Shown: one piece after another, positions 9,355-18,631 of the stretch
How positions within the stretch are numbered: the first letter of the stretch is position 1
How the letters are laid out: each line of letters begins with the position of its first letter
From: Verrucomicrobiota bacterium
Lineage (GTDB): Bacteria > Verrucomicrobiota > Verrucomicrobiia > Palsa-1439
Length of the DNA stretch: 64,000 bases
Assembly (NCBI GenBank): GCA_003152315.1
Contig: PLZV01000037.1
Span: 41,679 to 105,678 of the forward strand
Direction: 5' to 3'
Program-made: the position numbers and the translations under genes
Notes under the pieces: generated by a model
Told to the model about the DNA's origin: nothing
The model's input: only the letters and a program-made list of their open reading frames with translations
Database searches by the model: none

Positions 9355-9533
9355 GACGTTCGGCTTCCTATAGTTTTTGTTCGGTTGAACTACTTGCGAG
9401 CCTTGACACCTCTCGCGGTTTATTCGCGATACAGTAAGACTTCGCAAAACAGTATGTCAAGCCATCTTTTTGCGAATTTCTTCTGGACAAAACGTCCTTA
9501 GGACTTTAAAAAGCAACATGAAATTATTAAGCC
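9355..9533. promoter_or_regulatory. divergent promoter/operator region between the conjugation-like operon and the HTH-peptidase pair
   Basis: 179-bp AT-richer intergenic region. It contains a perfect 9-bp inverted repeat ttcgcaaaa-N17-ttttgcgaa (9441-9475), a ttgaca -35-like hexamer (about 9398) and short cgcgag/ctcgcg palindromes. Confidence 0.4.
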
Positions 9534-9935
9534 ATGAATTCCGTAGGTGAGCGAATTAAGGCCCGTCGGCTGGAACTGGGGTGGACCCAAGAAGAGTTGT
9601 GCAAAAAGGCAAACATCAGCACAGGCTTTTTATCAGATCTTGAAAATAGCAAGCGTAGTGTAAGCGCCGAAACACTTCTAGGCATTGCGCACGTGCTTTC
9701 GCTCAGTCTCGATTATTTAATGAAGGGCGATTCAACACAAATTCAAACAGCACAAGTTCAATTCCCTGCGAATTTGGCCGAACTTGCAAAGACAGAGAAC
9801 ATCTCGTTCGTCCAAGCCTTGACCGTTTTAGATATGAGAATGCAAATCGTTGCTCACCGAAGCGTGTCAAAATCGGATGACTTGGAGAATTTTGATTGGA
9901 AGAAGTTTTACGATTCGGTCAAAGAGTTCTTATGA
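9534..9935 (+). CDS. XRE-family helix-turn-helix transcriptional regulator (CapH/ImmR-like)
   Basis: N-terminal HTH_XRE signature GERIKARRLELGWTQEELCKKANISTGFLSDLENSKRSVSAETL. Overlaps the downstream peptidase start by ATGA. Confidence 0.8.
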   Translation: MNSVGERIKARRLELGWTQEELCKKANISTGFLSDLENSKRSVSAETLLGIAHVLSLSLDYLMKGDSTQIQTAQVQFPANLAELAKTENISFVQALTVLDMRMQIVAHRSVSKSDDLENFDWKKFYDSVKEFL

Positions 9936-10987
9936 AAAAACTGGATAGCGAATACGAGATCCACAAGCTGGCGGCAGGGCTGAAAGTCGATTGGCAGCAA
10001 AATGCTGTGCAAAATATCATTGCTCTATGCCACGACAAAATCTCTAAATGGACCAAGGGAATTTCTAAAATTCGATCTATCCAAGAACTAGAAGTGCTGG
10101 TTTGCGAAAAGGTGAAATTGGTCTTTGAAGAGATTTACAGAGAAGACGACCTAAAAGCAGTCATCCGAAAGTATGTAAGTTTGGGTGAACCGATTTTTTC
10201 CACGCTTAAAACCGACTTGGACGAGAAGACTTTTGCAACTCTAATTGAAAGACGTAGAATTGATGGCAATTCACAAGATCGATATGTGGCAGTCATTGAT
10301 TGCAGAGGAAGTAAGGCACCGCGGCGCTTTTTTTCGCGATGGCATGAAATTGCTCATTTACTAACACTTCAAGGCCAGCTTCAACTTCCTTTGCATCGTT
10401 CCACCACGGATCGAAGTCCTACGGAAAGACTGATGGATACGATTGCTGGAGAAATCGGATTTTATGATCCTCTTTTCCGCCCTATCTTACGTGATGAAAT
10501 TGCAAAGGAAGGTGGCTTCGCCTTTACCACGGTCGAAAGAGTCAGAGGCCGATTTTGCCCGGAGGCCAGCTTTCAGGCGACGTTAAATGCGTGTGTTAAT
10601 CGGCTTGATGTGCCCATGCTTCTGGTGGAAATTGGTTTGGGGTATAAGAAGGAAGAAGAAAGGCAAATATTTTCTTCCCAGACAACTCTATTTTCTGAGG
10701 CACATCCGAAACCAAAGTTGCGAGTTTCGACAATAATAGGCAATGATAGGGCTCGCGGCACTTCGTTAAAGATTCACCGAAATATGCAGGTTCCTGCCGC
10801 CTCCGTGTTACATCGTTTCTTTTTCAAAGAAGACGATCTCCCCGCAAAAGAGCTAGAGGGTTTTGAAAACCTGAACATATGGCGGCACTCGGACGGCGGA
10901 GCGCTTGCAAACCTTTCAGTTAGAATTCGAGTTCGTCGTTTCGAAAGTTCAGTAATTGCGTTAATTTCGCCGGCGAGGCTTACCTGA
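9932..10987 (+). CDS. ImmA/IrrE-family zinc metallopeptidase (COG2856; CapP/ImmA-like)
   Basis: HExxH motif within RWHEIAHLL. ATGA overlap with the upstream HTH gene gives the canonical HTH plus ImmA-peptidase two-gene module. Confidence 0.75.
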   Translation: MKKLDSEYEIHKLAAGLKVDWQQNAVQNIIALCHDKISKWTKGISKIRSIQELEVLVCEKVKLVFEEIYREDDLKAVIRKYVSLGEPIFSTLKTDLDEKTFATLIERRRIDGNSQDRYVAVIDCRGSKAPRRFFSRWHEIAHLLTLQGQLQLPLHRSTTDRSPTERLMDTIAGEIGFYDPLFRPILRDEIAKEGGFAFTTVERVRGRFCPEASFQATLNACVNRLDVPMLLVEIGLGYKKEEERQIFSSQTTLFSEAHPKPKLRVSTIIGNDRARGTSLKIHRNMQVPAASVLHRFFFKEDDLPAKELEGFENLNIWRHSDGGALANLSVRIRVRRFESSVIALISPARLT

Positions 10988-11009
10988 TATCTCTGGCGGC
11001 GAAGAAAAA

Positions 11010-11090
11010 CAGGGCGGCTGCCTCCCCAGTTTTCCTCTCGACACCTTTTCCTCTCCCGCCTCGCAGCTACCCAGATGGATCGTCTTGGGC
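11010..11090. repeat. copy 1 of an ~80-bp GC-rich imperfect direct repeat
   Basis: gggcggctgcctccccagttttcctctcgacaccttttcc...gctacccagatgg versus copy 2 gggcggctgccgccccagttttcctctagacgcctttccc...gctacgcagatgc, about 80% identity. Confidence 0.7.
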
Positions 11091-11223
11091 TGCATACGCT
11101 GGGGCTTCACCCCACCTTCGCTACGTCGACCCCCCGGACCCCTTCGACGGCGCAGGCGTTGTTCCGCCCCGCTCCTTCCGCCCAATCCGACCACCAGGGC
11201 TTAACGCTGCTACCAGAGGAACA

Positions 11224-11305
11224 CACGGGCGGCTGCCGCCCCAGTTTTCCTCTAGACGCCTTTCCCCCACCCGAGGCGCGGCTACGCAGATGCTCGCCCC
11301 GTCTG
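11224..11305. repeat. copy 2 of the ~80-bp GC-rich imperfect direct repeat
   Basis: See copy 1. The two copies are about 215 bp apart in a roughly 520-bp noncoding gap. Confidence 0.7.
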
Positions 11306-11508
11306 CGCTGGCAGGCGCTACACGACATCACCTACCGCTTGCCATGACGAGCACCCGCGCTTCACGCCGCGACGGATTGGGATGCTCCCGCCACCGGGAG
11401 CAGCAAAACAAGCTTCGACCATCCACAGACCCTTAAAATTCACTATAGACTTTAAGCTATTTAGAACGCTTTCGAGTCTTGTAAAAGTACGTAGAATAAC
11501 CAAGAAAC

Positions 11509-12585
11509 CTATGCACCGGCCATGATGGCCGCACGCGTCTTCGGACCGACAATGCCAGTCTGACTGATATGGTGACCTTTCTGATACTTCATAATCGCAG
11601 CCTCAGTTAAACTTCCAAAAAGCCCTTTCACATTACCGGTCGGTATGACCAAAAATCCTTTTTCTACAAGGAATGTCTGCACGGCGCTTACATCGCTGCC
11701 GGTATCGCCAATGTGGAGATCATGCGTCAGCACCAGCGAAGCTGAAGCGGTAGGGGCGACAACGCCTCCCGTGTCGGCAACAACGGCTGCCTCTGTCAAC
11801 GGACCGGCTGTGCCAGTAGGAGTGATCCGCCTTGTGCGCTGATAGCTCTCTACCGCCGTCCTGGTAAGCAAGCCGTAAAGACCATAGGCAATGCCGGCTG
11901 GCATGTTGAGAAGCCCTTTACTGACCAGGAACTTCTGCAATGCAGTGACATCGGGGCCACTATCGCCGACTTGGAGATTTCGAGAGTATGGGGAGCTTGG
12001 TCCACTGACGACTGGTGCAGTAGAGGGTGTGCAGGTCAATCCTGCGGGGCAATTCGACACCGAAGGAGCATTCAGGGAATTAAGATACGCCGTGGTAGAA
12101 GCCCCCGGAGCGAGAAGAGTGGCAAGCACGCTTGGCGAGACAGAGCCACCACCTATAGAAACACTTCCACCACTGGATTCTGGCGGAGGCGGCGAAGGTG
12201 GGCTTGAATTTGCACAAATCGTAGCTGATGGAGTGATCGTATTCGTGACTGTGCTACCGCCGGAATATGAAAGCGAGAGGGTCGAAGCGGAACCCGTGCA
12301 CACGTTTGAAGTGACATTAGACTGCACGTCAGTCGATAACTGGTTCAGAGTCGGAGAAGAGACGGTGATAGAGGAGCCAGAAGCAAGTGTCACTGTGAAA
12401 TTAGATGCATTGACGGTGATAGACTGGATGACGGCGCTTGAGCCGGAGATGTTCAGGGTATAGCCGCCGACGAGAATGTGGACATCCGTGGTCAGTGATA
12501 CATCGTTGAAGGCGGCAAGGGCTATAATAGGAACGAAGAACCCAACTAGGATAATCGTTGATAGTTTAGATATTTGGTGAGACAT
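11509..12585 (-). CDS. secreted protein with Ig-like Ser/Thr-rich region and two C-terminal peptidoglycan-binding (PG_binding_1) domains
   Basis: TM/signal segment, then two repeats of the type LQVGDSGPDVTALQKFLVSKGLL...GLYGLLTRTAVESYQ and LHIGDTGSDVSAVQTFLVEKGFL...GLFGSLTEAAIMKYQ. The most likely ATG is at 12585; the ORF track extends to 12648. Confidence 0.6.
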   Translation of the reverse strand: MSHQISKLSTIILVGFFVPIIALAAFNDVSLTTDVHILVGGYTLNISGSSAVIQSITVNASNFTVTLASGSSITVSSPTLNQLSTDVQSNVTSNVCTGSASTLSLSYSGGSTVTNTITPSATICANSSPPSPPPPESSGGSVSIGGGSVSPSVLATLLAPGASTTAYLNSLNAPSVSNCPAGLTCTPSTAPVVSGPSSPYSRNLQVGDSGPDVTALQKFLVSKGLLNMPAGIAYGLYGLLTRTAVESYQRTRRITPTGTAGPLTEAAVVADTGGVVAPTASASLVLTHDLHIGDTGSDVSAVQTFLVEKGFLVIPTGNVKGLFGSLTEAAIMKYQKGHHISQTGIVGPKTRAAIMAGA

Positions 12586-12598
12586 AATCTGCTTGCGG

Positions 12599-13945
12599 CT
12601 AATACGTAGGGAACCCCGACAAATCAACCGGCGTGAGCGTTTGTCCACCGAGACTCGTTATGGCGGCGTTGATAGCCGATATATTACCCACTATATCCGA
12701 CGCTCCGTCAGGAAAATAACCCGATTTGTAATACCATGTCCCCAACGCAACGGCCTGTCCATTGATGACCATCAAAATAGGAGAGCCACTGTCCCCCGAG
12801 GCTATGGGCAAGTACCAACCCGCATACTGGCTCGTATTCGGGGAATAGATGTACTGCCCCGGCTGAATGATGGCAACAACGTCGCTGTCGAATGCCACAG
12901 CCGATCCTATGCTCAGACTTCTGTATTGATTCGTGAAAAGAACGAGCGGATGTGCGTAAGAAATGGCAGCTTTCGTCATCTTTGTCCCGTCTGTTCCATC
13001 AGAAATGCCGACACTACCCGAGGCGAATACTTTCGCCGGTGTGATTCCAGAAGGAACGGCTGACGAGAGCTTCATCACTTGTATGTCCACGCCGACATGA
13101 GCGCTTGCAGTGATGGTCCTTGAAACGGTCGTGTTGTCATTCTTGACGAAATAAACCGTGGTGCCATTCGGTATATACGCGTGATTGGATTGGATCAAAA
13201 TATCAGGAGTCACGAGGATCCCATTAAATCTGGCACCCCCATACGGATTGCTTCCGGTCGGTGGAGGGCTGTCCCAATCGCTCCAAACGGGAATAGCGGT
13301 CAGGTCGACGGCACCAGTAAAGATGTTTGGATTTCTGGTATATACGTGATTGACATCATCGGTCGAGGAGTAGATGTTCTGCGTGCTTGCCGACGGCGTC
13401 TTGCCTGAGATCATGGCACTGATCTCGCTGAAGATGTCGCTTCCGAGCGATCCCGATACCAGGCTGTTAAAAATCGTGTTGTACGAATTATGGGTGTGCA
13501 ACATCGGGCATTCGATGCCGCGTGTAAGCCGGCCAATCGTAACCCCGAATGTTGCAGTGCCGTCGCCGACATACGACACTACGCCATTGAAATCCACGGT
13601 GCCGTAGGACGGATCTTTGGCGCTGAAAATAGGCGTGACATTATCAGCGCCAAGCACGGTTAAGACGCATGAATATATGACGCTGCCCGAATTATAGAAA
13701 TTATATACGACATCATTTGTGTTGATCGTACCGTTTGATGAACCCATGGTGATCGTACTTGACGATGTGCTGGCAATAGAGAAATCCTCTATTTGCGCTC
13801 CGCTCAAAGCAGAACCGAAAAGCTGCGGGGCAGTGGTTGTCGCAACGCTCGTATAGTGTATCGTAAAATAAGCCTGCGCATTGCCATGAACCAACAGTGA
13901 GAAACCGACTGCGACAACACATCTTATTATGGTCTTCATTCTCAT
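12599..13945 (-). CDS. secreted trypsin-like (S1 family) serine peptidase
   Basis: Signal peptide MRMKTIIRCVVAVGFSLLVHGNAQA. Canonical GDSGSP active-site serine motif in the C-terminal domain. Confidence 0.65.
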   Translation of the reverse strand: MRMKTIIRCVVAVGFSLLVHGNAQAYFTIHYTSVATTTAPQLFGSALSGAQIEDFSIASTSSSTITMGSSNGTINTNDVVYNFYNSGSVIYSCVLTVLGADNVTPIFSAKDPSYGTVDFNGVVSYVGDGTATFGVTIGRLTRGIECPMLHTHNSYNTIFNSLVSGSLGSDIFSEISAMISGKTPSASTQNIYSSTDDVNHVYTRNPNIFTGAVDLTAIPVWSDWDSPPPTGSNPYGGARFNGILVTPDILIQSNHAYIPNGTTVYFVKNDNTTVSRTITASAHVGVDIQVMKLSSAVPSGITPAKVFASGSVGISDGTDGTKMTKAAISYAHPLVLFTNQYRSLSIGSAVAFDSDVVAIIQPGQYIYSPNTSQYAGWYLPIASGDSGSPILMVINGQAVALGTWYYKSGYFPDGASDIVGNISAINAAITSLGGQTLTPVDLSGFPTY

Positions 13946-13946
13946 G

Positions 13947-15578
13947 CTATTTTATGAGAGTCCACGGTTCGGAACCCATGCACAACCACAAATGATGGTT
14001 CGCTTTGTTATAGACGCTCGTCCCTTCAAGCGTCGAATTGCAGGTGAATCCGGTGGATGTTGACGTAACGGCTCCGCGATAACCGCCGTTTATATCGACG
14101 CCAACTGAAGGCGCGGGATTACCAACGCCTATTTTGCCGCCATCAAATACAATGATATTGGGAATATCACCAGATTGTTGATCTCCAGTGACAACGCTAT
14201 TGGTAAATATGAAGTCACCGCCTTCTCCATTCTGGAATAGCATTATTCCATCCCCAAGTTGGAGATCACCAGAACTATCTTCGGACGCTATCCTTTGCGT
14301 GTCAGCGAAACCACTACTGGGAGTGAGATGGTCAAATACTATTCCACTACTATCACTGCTCAAATTTATACTACCTGTGCTTGTCAAAGTAGTTCCAGTA
14401 ACTGTATCTGCCGACGTAGTTCCATTATATGTCGCCGTCGTTCCACTCAATGACCACAGTCCGAGCGGATTCAGATTTGCAACTGTCTGCGAGCCATCGC
14501 CTATTTTCCCGTGTTTCGTGTCAGTCTCATAAACCATCTCGCCTGCTGCGGGTATTATGCCGGATAAGGCTGAGGCGGTTCCTTCTCGCGGAATAACAGC
14601 GGCATTCAAGTTTCCGCTGCTATCAAGGAGCGTATTGTTGCCGATTTTGATCGTGCCACCCGGCGCAAGGGTGAGGCTCGGCGCAGTCAGCACAGTCCCG
14701 TCAAATGTGAAGCCGGCATTACTGCCAAAAGAACCGCTTGCATTGAACTGCACCGTGCCCGAAGCCGCGGCAGGGCTAGTCGCGCCGCCCCCGCCGCTCG
14801 ACAGACATGTTCCATTTACGGCAAAGCATCCGGCGGCGATATTGATGCCGTTCCCGACCGTGGAGGTCGCGGAGGAACCGGTCAGATTGAGATAGGTTCC
14901 TTGTATTCCACCAGAAAACGTCGTTGTGCCGGTGTTGGAGAATGCCTGCAAGCCGGTAAATGTATTCGCGGTGTATGCCTTCGGGATAGTCGATGAACCA
15001 TTGATATATGAATTGACATCAGCGTTTGTGTAATTTGCTGATCCACCGCCGACGCACGAACCGTTTATCGAGAAACACCCTCCGGTCAGATTGATACCGT
15101 TCGCAAAGGTGGAACTGGCTAATGAGGACGTGATATTGAGCAGAAGCGTCTGGAGCCCTCCGGCAAATGTCGAAGTAGCTGTCGATGAAGTAGCCGTGTA
15201 GGATGCGGCTGTGGGAGTCCCTGTGGCAGTCAGCGTCGAAGAGTTGATCCACGAAGAGAGCATGCCGGCCACGCCGCCCGACAGACTACCGCCTCCGCTT
15301 CCTCCGACGCACGAACCGTTTATGGAGAAACAGCCGGAAGTAAGATTCAATCCGCCGGCAAAGGTCGAGGTAGATACATTGGTTGATGCCAGATTCGTCA
15401 CCGTGGTCGTACCGGCTGAGAGCGTGCTTCCAAGCGTTGCCGCTCCGGAAACATTGAGCGCACCGCCGGTGACGATGTCGGTGCTGATCGTGGTCGCGGC
15501 AAAAGCACTGTGAACAACCAAGATAGAGAATACGACAACTACAAAGGTTGTCGAGATGACCTGTGTATATGGCTTCAT
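13947..15578 (-). CDS. secreted Gly/Thr-rich repetitive protein with recurring Cys-containing motif (fiber/adhesin-like)
   Basis: Signal/TM segment, then at least four repeats containing G(C)F(S/A)(I/V)NG(S/T)C(V/L)(G/S)G embedded in T/S/G-rich beta-repeat sequence. Confidence 0.55.
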   Translation of the reverse strand: MKPYTQVISTTFVVVVFSILVVHSAFAATTISTDIVTGGALNVSGAATLGSTLSAGTTTVTNLASTNVSTSTFAGGLNLTSGCFSINGSCVGGSGGGSLSGGVAGMLSSWINSSTLTATGTPTAASYTATSSTATSTFAGGLQTLLLNITSSLASSTFANGINLTGGCFSINGSCVGGGSANYTNADVNSYINGSSTIPKAYTANTFTGLQAFSNTGTTTFSGGIQGTYLNLTGSSATSTVGNGINIAAGCFAVNGTCLSSGGGGATSPAAASGTVQFNASGSFGSNAGFTFDGTVLTAPSLTLAPGGTIKIGNNTLLDSSGNLNAAVIPREGTASALSGIIPAAGEMVYETDTKHGKIGDGSQTVANLNPLGLWSLSGTTATYNGTTSADTVTGTTLTSTGSINLSSDSSGIVFDHLTPSSGFADTQRIASEDSSGDLQLGDGIMLFQNGEGGDFIFTNSVVTGDQQSGDIPNIIVFDGGKIGVGNPAPSVGVDINGGYRGAVTSTSTGFTCNSTLEGTSVYNKANHHLWLCMGSEPWTLIK

Positions 15579-15877
15579 TGGTCTTATAGGGTACGATTAA
15601 AGAAACGACTGATTTGTAAGAAACGTACCAGTTATTGTAGCACTTCTTGTGTTGTGTATTATCCCCAGATTTGATGCGGTGTAAGCGGGTGCCTCCCTTC
15701 AATATCATCACGGATAGCGAGATACGCATAAGCAAAGGAGGAAGTCATTCTCACAACGGCCAGCGACTTGCATTAAAGCGCAAACCTTGACGCCTTCTTC
15801 GTTTGCTCCCTCTCCGGCAAGGTGGAGCGATGGATTCCCGTCTTCCACGTTTCAAACGCACCACCACCGTTGCTCGC

Positions 15878-16735
15878 ATGGCACTGACGGAGCGCGACCG
15901 CCAAATCATCCGGCTCGTTCACCGGCATCGTTTTCTCCGTTCTCCGCAAATTGTCGCCTTGATCGGCGGCAGTTCGCAGCAGCTTTTGCGACGATTACAA
16001 TTGCTGTATCACCATGGATATTTGGAACGCCCACGCGCCCAGATTGATTATTACCACCAGGGCGGCTCCCGCCACATCATCTACGGTTTAGGGAATAAGG
16101 GAGGGGGGATGTTGTTGAAACAAGAACTTGGTGTTGCTTTTCGTGAATTCTCATGGGGCGAGAAGAACCGCGCCGTTGGCCGGATGTTCCTTGAACATGC
16201 GCTCTTAGTCTCGGATGTGATGGTGACGATTGAACTTGCTTGCCGTGAGCGTGGAATTCGGCTCGTTACCGAGAGAGAACTTGTGCTTCCCGGCAAGCAC
16301 CAACCGTTCCGGTGGAGAGTGAACATACACAACCACGTGAAACTTGGCGTCATCCCGGATCGCGTGTTCGCCTTGGAACTTCTCGATGCCAGCGGCTCAA
16401 GCCGGCGGGCATATTTCTTTCTTGAAGCTGACCGGGGCACGATGCCGGTCACGCGTCGAAATCTTTCCCAGACTTCCTTCTACCGCAAGCTCCTCGCCTA
16501 TGAAGCAACCTGGACGCAAAACTTGCATCGCATACGTTTTGGTTTCCATCGCTTCCGCGTGCTCACCGTCACCACCAGTACCGCGCGGGTGAAGTCACTT
16601 GTAGATGCCTGTTCACAATTGGAACGCGGGCATGGACTCTTTCTGTTTGCCGACCGGACAATTTTGTCTGGTGATATGTTTTCCTCGATATGGCAGACCG
16701 GCAAGCCGGGCGAAACCGGCAGTTTGTTGGATTAG
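15878..16735 (+). CDS. replication-relaxation family protein (plasmid/ICE type)
   Basis: N-terminal winged-HTH-like LTERDRQIIRLVHRHRFLRSPQIVAL typical of the replication-relaxation family. The ORF track extends to an upstream ATG at 15803. Confidence 0.6.
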   Translation: MALTERDRQIIRLVHRHRFLRSPQIVALIGGSSQQLLRRLQLLYHHGYLERPRAQIDYYHQGGSRHIIYGLGNKGGGMLLKQELGVAFREFSWGEKNRAVGRMFLEHALLVSDVMVTIELACRERGIRLVTERELVLPGKHQPFRWRVNIHNHVKLGVIPDRVFALELLDASGSSRRAYFFLEADRGTMPVTRRNLSQTSFYRKLLAYEATWTQNLHRIRFGFHRFRVLTVTTSTARVKSLVDACSQLERGHGLFLFADRTILSGDMFSSIWQTGKPGETGSLLD

Positions 16736-16865
16736 GCCTCTTGCCGCAAACGGCAAATCTTCCCGTCTAGTGGGTTTGGGCAGGAGCCGTAGGATGCTCT
16801 CTGGATGCGGTTCTACTTCGTGAGCCGCAAATAGTTCATCACAACCAAATAACCATAGGAGTAAT

Positions 16866-17894
16866 ATGCCAAAATCAAAATTCGTTGACTTCAAAGCCGT
16901 GAAAGAGGCCATCACCATAGAACAGGTGCTTGAGCACTACGGCTTGCTTGACCAGTTCAAACGGAGCGGAGACAGCCTCAGTGGGCCATGCCCGATCCAC
17001 AAGGGAGAGAACTCGACTCAGTTCCGTGTCAGCATTTCCAAAAACTGCTGGAACTGTTTCGGGGAATGCAAACGCGGTGGCAACATCCTCGACTTTGTCA
17101 GTCTCACGGAGGACGTAAGCATCCGAGAAGCGGCCATCCGCATTTCGGATTGGTTCAAGCCCACCTTCGACAAGCCAGCGCCGAAACCAGAGTCGCCGAA
17201 CGCGGATCAGAAACCGAAGCAGGGCAAAGCACCTCGCGCAAAGAGCACACCGAAGCCGAGCAGCGACGCGCAAGAAACCGGGCCAAATAAGCCACTGGGT
17301 TTCGAGCTTCGCAACTTGGACGCCGAGCATCCGTATTTGCTAGGGCGTGGCCTCACCGAGGAAGGCATCGCGGAGTTTGGCCTGGGTTACTGCGACAACG
17401 GCAGCATGCTGGGTCGCATCGTCATTCCGATCCAGAACGTGGCCGGTCAGATTGTGGCGTACGCAGGCCGTTGGCCGGGCGATCCACCCGAAGACACGCC
17501 AAAGTACAAGTTCCCCGCCGGGTTCAGGAAGTCGATGGAGGTATTCAACCTTCATCGTGCGCAACAGGTTGGCACCACCGTGCCGCTGGTGATCGTCGAA
17601 GGTTTCTTCGACTGCATTCATCTCTGGGAAATTGGTTTGGAGCGAGTGGTTGGCCTCATGGGCAGCCAATTGTCGAAGCCCCAGGAAGAGTTGATTGTCA
17701 AATCACTTCACGAGGATGACCACATAATCGTGATGCTCGACGAGGACGAAGCGGGCCGCACCGGACGCGAGCAGGTGTTGCAACGACTTGCGATACGAGC
17801 GTTCGTAAAAGTCTTCCAATTCCCGCAGGAAGGTCAACAGCCCACCGACTTGTCGGGCGATGAATTGCGGGAATTGGTCGGAGGTGCGGAGTGA
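16866..17894 (+). CDS. DNA primase, CHC2 zinc finger + Toprim domain (DnaG/TraC-like)
   Basis: CHC2 finger GPCPIHKGENSTQFRVSISKNCWNCFGEC. Toprim signature VIVEGFFDCIH ... MLDEDEAG. AGGAG ribosome-binding site. Confidence 0.8.
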   Translation: MPKSKFVDFKAVKEAITIEQVLEHYGLLDQFKRSGDSLSGPCPIHKGENSTQFRVSISKNCWNCFGECKRGGNILDFVSLTEDVSIREAAIRISDWFKPTFDKPAPKPESPNADQKPKQGKAPRAKSTPKPSSDAQETGPNKPLGFELRNLDAEHPYLLGRGLTEEGIAEFGLGYCDNGSMLGRIVIPIQNVAGQIVAYAGRWPGDPPEDTPKYKFPAGFRKSMEVFNLHRAQQVGTTVPLVIVEGFFDCIHLWEIGLERVVGLMGSQLSKPQEELIVKSLHEDDHIIVMLDEDEAGRTGREQVLQRLAIRAFVKVFQFPQEGQQPTDLSGDELRELVGGAE

Positions 17895-18205
17895 AGACCT
17901 ACGAAGGAAGACGTTTCCCCCTCGGATTGGAAGTCACGGTCAACGGTCAGTCGCTCGATCCTCGTTTCGACTTGTGGGATCATAGTCCCACGGGTTTCGA
18001 GTGGGGTTACGCTGGTAGCGGCCCCGCGCAACTGGCACTGGCGTTACTCGCAGACCATCTCGACGATGACGAGCGGGCAATCACCCTACACCAGGACTTC
18101 AAATGGGCTGTGGTGACGAAGTTGCCACACTCCTGGACACTTACGACCGACGACATTGAGCGGACGTTGCAATCGCTTGTCGGAAAAGTGGGCAGTCATG
18201 TCTGA
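17891..18205 (+). CDS. hypothetical protein (mobile-element associated)
   Basis: GTGA overlap with the primase stop and ATGTCTGA overlap with the next gene. No recognizable motif. Confidence 0.4.
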   Translation: MKTYEGRRFPLGLEVTVNGQSLDPRFDLWDHSPTGFEWGYAGSGPAQLALALLADHLDDDERAITLHQDFKWAVVTKLPHSWTLTTDDIERTLQSLVGKVGSHV

Positions 18206-18485
18206 CACACTCGTGACCACGCCCAAGTTCCTCTTGGGTCAGACCGTCATCACCGCAAACGCGAACGCGGTCTTGCCCGAGTTGGACGTGATAGTGGCCC
18301 TGCAACGTCACCAAAGCGGTGACTGGGGCGACGTGGACAACCACGACCGCCAGATAAACGAGGACGACCTTCGTAGCGGAGGCAGGCTCTTCTCCGTGTA
18401 TCACACCACCGGTGGCACCAAGTTCTGGATCATCACCGAATGGGATCACTCAGTAACCACGGTCCTGATGCCGAAAGATTACTAA
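18198..18485 (+). CDS. hypothetical protein
   Basis: Translationally coupled to the upstream ORF and followed by a terminator. No recognizable motif. Confidence 0.4.
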   Translation: MSDTLVTTPKFLLGQTVITANANAVLPELDVIVALQRHQSGDWGDVDNHDRQINEDDLRSGGRLFSVYHTTGGTKFWIITEWDHSVTTVLMPKDY

Positions 18486-18492
18486 TCAAAAG

Positions 18493-18518
18493 GGCGATCC
18501 ATTCGGGTCGCCTTTTTT
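18493..18518 (+). terminator. rho-independent terminator
   Basis: Hairpin ggcga-tccattcggg-tcgcc followed by TTTTTT. Confidence 0.5.
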
Positions 18519-18631
18519 CATGCTTGCCGCGCCCGGCAAGACTGCACGTCTTTGTTGAAACTGCCCCGGGCCATACGCTTCAGAGTGGGTTCACAGGGTT
18601 CTTTCCAAAACAACAACCACAGGAGAAGTGT

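Noticed and set aside
5332-10987. Search for a cGAS/DncV-like nucleotidyltransferase (GS...[DE]h[DE]h) or a TIR, patatin, endonuclease or TM effector next to the E2-E1/JAB genes, which would make this classical type II CBASS
   Set aside because: None of the neighbouring products shows the nucleotidyltransferase motifs. The neighbours are a P-loop ATPase, an HTH and a peptidase. Hence reported as cyclase-less rather than as CBASS.
11010-11305. Possible CRISPR array
   Set aside because: Only two repeat copies. The units are about 80 bp at about 80% identity with a 215-bp spacer, which is not a CRISPR geometry. No cas genes.
10961-11347. Paired small ORFs (10961..11194 -, 11107..11331 -, 11075..11347 +) with the shared RGKLGRQPP peptide
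   Set aside because: They are translations of the two copies of the GC-rich direct repeat. No start context; they read as repeat artefacts, not genes.
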